From positions 1-42,079 of the forward strand of contig NIVC01003275.1 of assembly GCA_002269645.1 (NCBI GenBank): 42,079 nt of DNA. Reading direction: 5' to 3'. How positions within the stretch are numbered: position 1 is the first letter of the stretch; each line of letters begins with the position of its first letter. The DNA comes from Macrostomum lignano. Its lineage: Eukaryota. Position numbers and translations under genes: made by a program. Under the pieces are notes generated by a model. It did not search any database. It was not told the DNA's origin and saw only the letters and a program-made list of their open reading frames with translations. Shown here one piece after another: positions 34,128 through 42,079 of this stretch.

Positions 34128-34245
34128 TATAAAACGCGTGTACTGTAGGCCTATCTAGTAAGCAACTGGTGGCGCAGTGGCAAGGTTAGTTTCCTTATAA
34201 TTGAGCGCTCTAGGGTTCGATTCCCAAGTGGTCTGATAACATTTT
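34128..34245 (+). pseudogene. tRNA-like Pol III cassette Y, E2 copy
   Basis: TATAAAA 34128; TGGCGCAGTGG 34170-80; GGTTCGATTCC 34214-24; loop reads CTTATAA. Confidence 0.65.
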
Positions 34246-34502
34246 AGTTTAAAGTTTTTTTAGAGCAAACAGATTTTTAGTATTTTTATTTCTCTTACTC
34301 GTATGTTTCTTATACAATTAAATTTAATTTAATTTGAATTTATTTTTCCTTTTTATACGTATTTAAAGAGTAACAGTCAATCTCTTAGTGCGGCACGTAT
34401 GATTGTTAGTGCAAAAAGTAGATTACGATACATGTCGGCAAGGAAGTATTTGGTGTCTGGTCATCTGAAGGCTAGAAAATAGTTGTAACATATTAAAGAG
34501 AC

Positions 34503-34690
34503 GTGGGAAAAGTTGTGGAGGGGTTGCCGGGAGCGGTGGGCGTGGGGAGCGGGGGGTGGGGGAGCGGGGTTGGGGGAGCGGGGGTGGGGGAGCGGGGGGT
34601 GGGAGTGCGGCCAGCCCCCCCCCACTTTACCACTAGACTAACTAATGCCAAGGGCGTGGGGGGCGGCCAGCCCCCCACTATACCACTGGA
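34503..34690. repeat. G-run tract plus two hairpin-CTRR motifs, E2 copy
   Basis: CTAG 34633-36; perfect GTGGGGGGC-GGCCA-GCCCCCCAC (34656-78) followed by TATACCACTGG. Confidence 0.85.
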
Positions 34691-36694
34691 CTAACTAACG
34701 TCACTATAACTCACTATTATATAGTGATCCTTGGTGGAATAGCCTGACGCGAGTCGGAATTGTGTATCATTTATTTGGAAATTTGACGGAACGTATTTAG
34801 TATGTACAAATATTGGTTAGTAAGATATATTTTGGCAGTTAATATAAACTTAGAATAAATTTTTGCTTTTACAATGTTTTAAAAAATTTAGAGAGAAAGA
34901 AGTTTTTGCGTCCACCTTGTTTAAATGGGGATAGAAGCAATGGCTGCCAAAAAATTCAAAAATTAAGCGCCGCGCAATCTAACTTAACCGACTGAATGAA
35001 AAAGAATCTTTCTTCTTCAAACGTTTAAATTTAGAAAATTGATTTAAGTATTCATTTAAGTATTCAAATTCCATTTCAGTTTCCCTATCCCTAGTAGTTT
35101 GCTTTTTGTTTTTTTTCGGCAGTAGTTTGCTTTTTGTTTTTTCCTCAGTAGTTTGCTTTTAGGTTTTTGCTTTTTGCTTTTAGTTTATTTATTTCTATTG
35201 TTAGAAGTTTTGTATCAACTAAAGTCCAATTGTAAGTTTTGTATCATTTGCAATAATATTACTGTTTTGTACTTTTTTACTATGTATATGGCCATATGGA
35301 TATGGTGCTTTAACACAATCAGTAAATAATATGGTTATCTGTTCAACAGCAAAAGATTGCACTAAATTTTGTTTATTATAAAAATACTAAGAATCTTTTT
35401 GTTGCCTATTGCCTATAGTGTGTATATTTGTAATTTGACTAATTTGTATTTGTCTATTCTCTAAGAATTATATATCATGTAATATATCAAGTATATATCA
35501 TTATATATTAAATATTATATATTATGTATAGTGGTGTAGCCTTTTAAAAGCTAGAATAAATATAGCTGGACACAAATTAAATTGAGATTGAGACCTTATT
35601 GATATGAAAAATTAGCCTTACAAAAAGCAGGAAGCCAATGTTTTTTATATTCTTATTTTTGTTGCTATTTTGTATTTATTTCTATTACAGATATAGTCTC
35701 TTTATTTATACTATAGCCCCACTCCCAAATCTTACATATATGGCAGAAAATTCTGGTATACATTAGACCCGAAAATATGCTTAACATATAATATCTAGTG
35801 TAACACAATAGCTATACCAATTGTGCACAAATGCACCAGTGTATTAGGTGTCTGGCATAGTCTGTAGATGTCTGGCATGGCAATAGTTGGCTATTGATGT
35901 AGAAAATAGAAAATGCAATTAAAACATTAGGTAGATGGCACCATGTATAAAAATAAAGCATTAGGTGGATAGCCAATGTGTACATGATTAAAACAATGGG
36001 TGGATGCTGCCTAGCTATGCACATTCAATGTTAAACCTGAAACCTAAAAATTCTATATTCCAAGTATATGTCAAGATTGTCAGTGAGGGCAAAAATATAA
36101 TATAATTTTCTAGCATAAGGGCCACTTTCTAGACAATAATATATATTCTTTTAGAAAGCTAGAATAAATACAGAATAGACAACTATTCAGTGAGGGCTGT
36201 AGCTGCTCAGCCTATCCAGGCAGTCAGTCAGTCGGCCAAATTTGGCTAAATCCGCATAGTATCATCGGATAGTTTTGTTGTACGCAGATCTCAGTTTGCG
36301 CACAACAATGCACGCCTGCCTGCCTGACCTGTCAGCGTTGGCAATAGCAAATTTGCTAGCAGTTTTTGTGCCAAACTGAAATTCATAAGGCTCAGATTCC
36401 CCACTGCACAGGTAGGCTACCAAATTCTTCAGGCAGAGTTTATTGTCTAGCGGCTCGGCAATCCATGGCTGATTCCAGTGGAATTCTGGCTCACCAACGT
36501 GGCAGGAATTGGCTGCCTCGAGCTGGCGCCGGCGCAGCTCCAAGAGTCTGCAGCAGGCCTGACTGTCAGTCTAAAAGCTGTTGAGCAGCAACCGCTCAGC
36601 CAGGTTGCGAAGCAGATTAGAATAGGCCAGCTGAAGATGCTGGCACTCCTTAGTAGTATTAGTAGTAGTAGTAGTGTCGCGGCTGGTTGTGTCC

Positions 36695-36762
36695 ACTTTC
36701 AACAATTATTAAGGAGTATGCCGCTGAAAAGACCTGGAAGGAAGGCATTAAATTTAAACTGA
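36695..36762 (+). pseudogene. Truncated extra copy of the ORF1 5' end (MPLKRPGRK...*)
   Basis: Shares CTTTCAACAATTATTAAGGAGTATG leader with both ORF1 copies; ATG 36718. Confidence 0.75.
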
Positions 36763-37676
36763 AAAGACAATGTCTACCTATTTATATGTTTATAAATATT
36801 TAAAAAATACATTTTCTAAATAGCTAAGCTATTAAACTCTTTGTCCCTCTTCGAAGAACTCTTTGTCTTTGTATAGTGCATATAGATGCACTAGGAATAT
36901 GTAATTAGCTATTTTTTGTGAAGCTATTGTCATTAATATATTAAATTATAATAATGTGTTTGCATTAAATATTTTTGTTACAAAATCTCTAGTGCCTAGA
37001 TAAAGAGACAATTTGTACCTTTGCAATTTGCAAGACACATCTAGCTATCTGCTATTTTTGCTATCCATTTTAAAAAAATTAATTGTTACCTTTATAAGTT
37101 ACTTAGGTATACAGTTGCAACTTTCATTTTCTCTTGTGCTATTATTTTTTTTGTACACCATCTATGATACAGAAAATGCTTTATTGTCTATTGTATTTTT
37201 TATATCTTTGACTGTATATTTCTGAGATTCTGGGAATTTTTTAGATGTAGAATAGTATCATAACTTAGTGAGTTTTATTGCCTAGAAAAAATTTATGGAT
37301 ACCATTTTGTGACTAGATTTATTTTACAAATTTTAAGAAAACTATTTGAACTATCTGTTTAACTTAGGGTTAAAATATATTTTTGATGCTCTTTTGTTTT
37401 GTACAATTTCGAATGCTACTAGGCTTTACTCTAAAAAGTACAATTGTTAAAATTATTTATTGGTCTTTATTAGAGTTTGGCTGATTTTATTTTTTATCAA
37501 TATCTTTTTCTGGATTTTAGCACACATGACTGGAATTTTAGAGATATTTATGCAATGCAATGAATAGTGCAAATTAGATTCACAATTTACAGTTTTAGAA
37601 TCAAGAAGAAAAATTTTAGTTAATAAAATGAATTAGCAACATTTAATTTCAACACTTTCAACAATTATTAAGGAGT

Positions 37677-38574
37677 ATGGCGCCGAAAAAAACTGGAAGG
37701 AAGCCTAAGCGCGTTACCTTTGGGCGTCCATTCGAGTCTAAAAAGAAGCCTGCCGCCGCTATTGATTGCAAGACAGGCGAACCTGTCGTTGCTGCTCCCG
37801 AGCCCGAAATAAGCACTCCTGGTGTCGCTACTGTTGCAACGGAAGTTAAGAATTTCATGGTTGCTGCTGCTGCTGGTGAAGATAAGGAAGTTGTTAAAAG
37901 AGATGCGATTGTGGACTGCGAATTGGGCAATGCTGCTGCTGCCTTACAGGAGTGTGGATTGTGTGACGACACTCGCGGTAAGTGTTACTCCTTGCCATTG
38001 CCAATTTTCACAGACAAATAGGTTGCAACTGAACTTGAATAGTTGGATTCAGATTTAATAAAACTATGGATGATAAAGTTTAGAATGCTATTGCAATCTA
38101 TATGCTTGAATTATAAGTTAATAACTTAGTATACTCGCCTTAATGTGCTTCAGACTGCCCAATTCCTGTTGTCGTGTCTACTACGGATGAACTAACAAGA
38201 CAACAAGCTGAATTGGACGAAGCTGCTGCTGCACTTAGAGAAGCAGGTTTTTGCCACACTGACGGTAAGGCCTGTCTTAGCTTACTGTCTATTACGGGTG
38301 GAATAGTTTTTTAAAATCAAGATTTTGAAATTTAAAGAAAGCTTATAGGATCTACAAGTGACACTATTGGTATCCAAGATTTTCTAGGACACAGTTTTTG
38401 TTTGGTCATATATCAGATTTCTCAATAGAGAAATTCCACAAATGCTACTTTGCATTTTGTCAATGTAGTATTGTGATGTCCTTTATTTGGTTTGACTGAC
38501 GTTGTTTTTTTGCAGTTCAGCTTCAAGAATTTTTGGGGAGTAGCGATTATGAAGGATTATGGTTCGTTCGTTAA
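37677..38574 (+). CDS. ORF1, E2 copy (exons 37677-37977, 38154-38264, 38516-38574; 156 aa)
   Basis: Same phase-1/phase-1 intron structure as at 21895; exon 1 diverged with in-frame indels. Confidence 0.7.
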
Positions 38575-38950
38575 GGAATATTCATTCATCAACATTTACA
38601 GCGCCATTTTCGAACCAATCGTGTTAGAGGACTTTTTGCTGGTTGGGTGGGTTTTTATGGAAAATTAAGTTTAATAGCTTGAGTTTTCGAAGTAAAGTTT
38701 TCGGTAGTCACTTAAAATGTTGCTTAAATGGTTTAGATCGATCGATCGATGCAATTATACGAACTAAAGACGGCCTTGAGCACGGTCAAGAGCGCTTCTA
38801 GGCAAGTGTGCTGGTGACTTGATCCAGACATATCGCGGCTGGGTCAGAAATTGCAGATATCAGTTGTTGGAGGGTTGTAAAGCACTAGCACTATAGTGCT
38901 GTAAAGTCAGACCAAGGTAAGCTGATCCAATTCTTGATTACAGAAAGTAC

Positions 38951-41900
38951 ATGTCTTTTAACTTCAAAGGTGTCGCGACTTTGGAAGATGACACGGAGGA
39001 CCGAGGGAGTCTGGCGACGCTACAAGTTGGCCGTGCCCCACAATGGATGCCTTTGTCTGCCTGCTGGTTGAAGCGCATCCCAGGTGATGGAAACTGCTTC
39101 TTTTCGGCTCTGTCGGATCAATTGCAAGGCACAGCTTTGGAAATGAACGCAGATAATCTTCGACAAACGCTGGCAGTTGAGTTGGAGAATTGGATCGACA
39201 GCGCAGAGAACGACACTGGCATTTCTGAAGCAGAGTGGCGCGATTTGCTGGAAAAGACCAAACGAAAAGGCGAATATGTTTCTGACCACGTGGCTTCAGC
39301 AGCAGCTAGACTGCTTGGCATCGAGATCTATGTGTACCAGGACATGGGCGCTGGTTCGAATCTCGAAGGAATTTACTTAGGCCCAGTTGGCGTGGAACCG
39401 CGAGCAACAGTTCGATTGCATTTCAATCGGCAAGGTGAGCATTACCAGTCGGTACATGTGCGTCAATCGTCTCATCTAGCCGCTGTGGATGATGGCGCAG
39501 CCAAGATGATGCCGCCGCCGCCGCCGCCTCCTGCGATTCCGATGCAGAGTGTTGCGCAGAAAGTGCAAGAATGGAAAGAAGTGAAATGTAACCGACGAGC
39601 ATGCAAGAGGGTTCCAGGTGCGGCTGCGACTGATGTGGACAACAAATTTAGCATTAGAGTCGACGAGAATCGGTTCAATGTACTATGGAATGTCGACCTA
39701 GATGCGGACGAGGAGGAGCCAACTCTCTCTGTGTGTAGCGGTGATGATTCAACCAGCAAGGTTTCGTCGAGTGTTTCGCGGCGGAGTCGTCGAAATCGAA
39801 GCGTTCCGAGTTGTCCTACGCGACGTAGCAGTCGTTTAAGCGCGAAAGCGTGCAGCAGCAGCAATGCGTCTGTATTGTCGTCAGCAGAAGCTTCTGACAG
39901 TTGCGCTTCAAGTGTAGTTCGACGCCGAAAGCGAGTTGTCAAGCCTGGCAGTCCAACGCGTCGAAGCGAGCGATTATTAGCCAAGAAAAGGCGTATGGAA
40001 GAAGGTGATGACGCTTCTTCAGTTGGTACATCGAATTTAAGCAGCATTGGAGCGGCTGCAGAGTCTGACAAAGTGAGTTGCATTGCAGAAGAGGAAGAAG
40101 TCGAATTGGCTAGTGTAGCTCTGGAAGAGAGCAAAGATCATCAGCGACCGACAAAGACCAAGACTCGACAAAGAGAAGGACAAAATGTTCAAAGTGAGAG
40201 TCGAAGTTCACCAAGAAAAAAGGCCAGTAATGAGCAGTCCATACCAGATACTGGTTTAGAAGCATCGCCGACAAAATGCAGGCGTAAACCGGACAACCTT
40301 GAAGAGGGTCGTTCTTCGCCTAGGAAGAAGGCGCACATTGAGCAGCAGCAGCAGCAGCCACGAGTTGAAATTGAGTCCGAAGTGCCAGAAATCCAGCACG
40401 TTGCGGAAGAGGAACCCAATTCTGATTTTGAAGAGCAAAACGCTAGCAATATCAGTTTGCCGCAATGTCTTCGCAATCCATTTACTAAACAGTACAAGAA
40501 GATGCGGAATGAATTTTTTCAAGAATGTACTTCAAGGCTGAGTAATTTAAAGCGATGCTTGGTGTGCAAAGAAAGATTTCCGTGCGTTTATTTTCAACGA
40601 CAAAGTGATGCATCATGCCAACGATGTGTCAAAGATAATTCGAAACCCAAGCTGTTTAGTGACGAAAATAATGCCAATCCAATGTGTGAGCAGCCGGAAG
40701 AACTACGCGATTTGTCTGTTGCGGAGCAAATGTTGATTTCGCCGATATTGTCTGTTATTGTAGTTTATCGGTTGTTTCCGCAAGGCCAGCATGCTTCGAG
40801 AGGGCATGGAATCATGTTTCCGCAGGATCAGGCAAGCGTTGTGAGAGAATTGCCGAGACGAACTCTACCTGTGGTGCTGATGTATGACAAAAAGCTGCAA
40901 AACAATCCTGGCAGTACAGTTACGGGAGCGATGAACAATCTGCGAGTGAGACGCGACAAGGTGTTGAATGCAATCAGGTATCTGATTAATAATAATCAAT
41001 ATTTTCAACGATTTTCTGTCGGTATTGATCGCGAAGCGTTGAATTCGTTGCCAGAGAATGGATATGCGCAGCAAATCAATGAAATGGTTAATCAAATGGA
41101 CACTCAAGATGTCAATGTTGATCTGGATGCGGCGGAAGAGGAAGCCAGGCAGCCAGAAGAAGATGAGCAAAGGCAACAAATGGAAGAAGCTCAGTTGGAA
41201 GAGACGACAAGCGCTTTGCTGAATACGCCATTGCGTCGTTTGGAAGTAAAGATTCGCGATCGTTTGCTAGAAGAGAAATTGCAATGGCCAAGATCGAGCC
41301 GAGTACCGGTGAATGAATTCGAACAAGAAGGCTTGTTTAGTCTGGCCTATCCTCACCTATTTCCTGACGGCAAAGGCGACTACAAGACTCCGCGAGTGCG
41401 TTCGATAGGCCTGGGCGACTATGCGAAGCACTTGATGCAGTTTCACTGCCCGAGATTTCGTTGCGATCCTCGCTTTCGCTTTTTCATTGAGAACATGGTG
41501 ATGCGATGGAGAGCATTGGAAGTTGGACGAGTATTTGTGCACGACAAGAATTTGGCTGGCTTAAGTGCGCCAGAGATGCTGGAGAAGCTGAAAGATCCAG
41601 CAGTGATGTCCAGCGTGTCAGCCAGAGCGTCAGAGTTGCGTGGAACAGCCAGCTATTGGCAAAGCAAGCGTAGACAGTTGGAAGCAATGATTAAAACAAT
41701 TGGTTTGCCGCACTATTTGTGACGTTATCCGCGCGGATATTCAGTGGCCAGAGTTGGCAATGAAGAAAAAGACGTCGACAATGATAATTGGCAAAAATCA
41801 AGCAAGAGTTGCTTTCCAGACTGCAAAAAGATCCTGGCATGGCGGATACTGTGTTTTGGATTCGTTTTGAATTGTTTTTGCAGAAATTTTTTGTTGAACA

Positions 41901-42079
41901 CTGGAAAGTAAAGGACTTTTGGTTCGTATCGAGTATCAGAGTCGAGGAAGCCCGCATGTTCATGGCTGCGTTTGGATGCCGGACGGAGTGGATGTGACTT
42001 CGGAATCCTTGCAAGCAGAAGATTTGGTTGCCTTTGTGGACAAGTACATTTGCAGTTGGAACACGTGCATGGACGAATC
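38951..42079 (+). CDS. OTU-RepHel, E2 copy (partial; open for 923 aa, then several small indels at ~41718-41930)
   Basis: Matches 250 onward at offset 38701/38702; in frame across the site that is shifted in E0; window ends just after Rep motif 2. Confidence 0.92.

Larger units (their letters stand above)
29431..42079 (+). mobile_element. E2: 5' part of an autonomous-type Helentron element, running off the window inside Rep
   Basis: Starts at the junction motif; carries ORF1 and OTU-RepHel; 38702 onward matches position 1 onward. Confidence 0.75.

Overview
Eukaryotic (spliceosomal GT-AG introns; probably animal, by inference) repeat locus made almost entirely of very large head-to-tail Helitron-like rolling-circle transposons of the Helentron/Helitron2 (HLE2) type. 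A compound subTIR + stem-loop + T-run + inverted subTIR motif at 13541-13596 and 29394-29448 marks the apparent element junctions. It divides the window into E0 (1-~13578, 3' part of an element with an OTU-Rep-PIF1 gene), E1 (~13579-29430, 15.85 kb, RepHel deleted after the OTU half) and E2 (~29431 to beyond 42079, second OTU-RepHel copy almost identical to E0's at an offset of 38,701 bp). The RepHel reconstructed from both copies is 2040 aa and has no C-terminal endonuclease. The elements also carry a 3-exon accessory gene upstream of RepHel, a spliced Gly/RGG + CCHC zinc-knuckle gene, tRNA-like Pol III cassettes, G-rich 91-bp hairpin arrays, 326-bp and 37-bp tandem repeats, microsatellites and a deleted mariner. 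E2 alone carries a 1.55-kb non-coding LTR element. Identity statements are by eye; no alignments or database searches were run.
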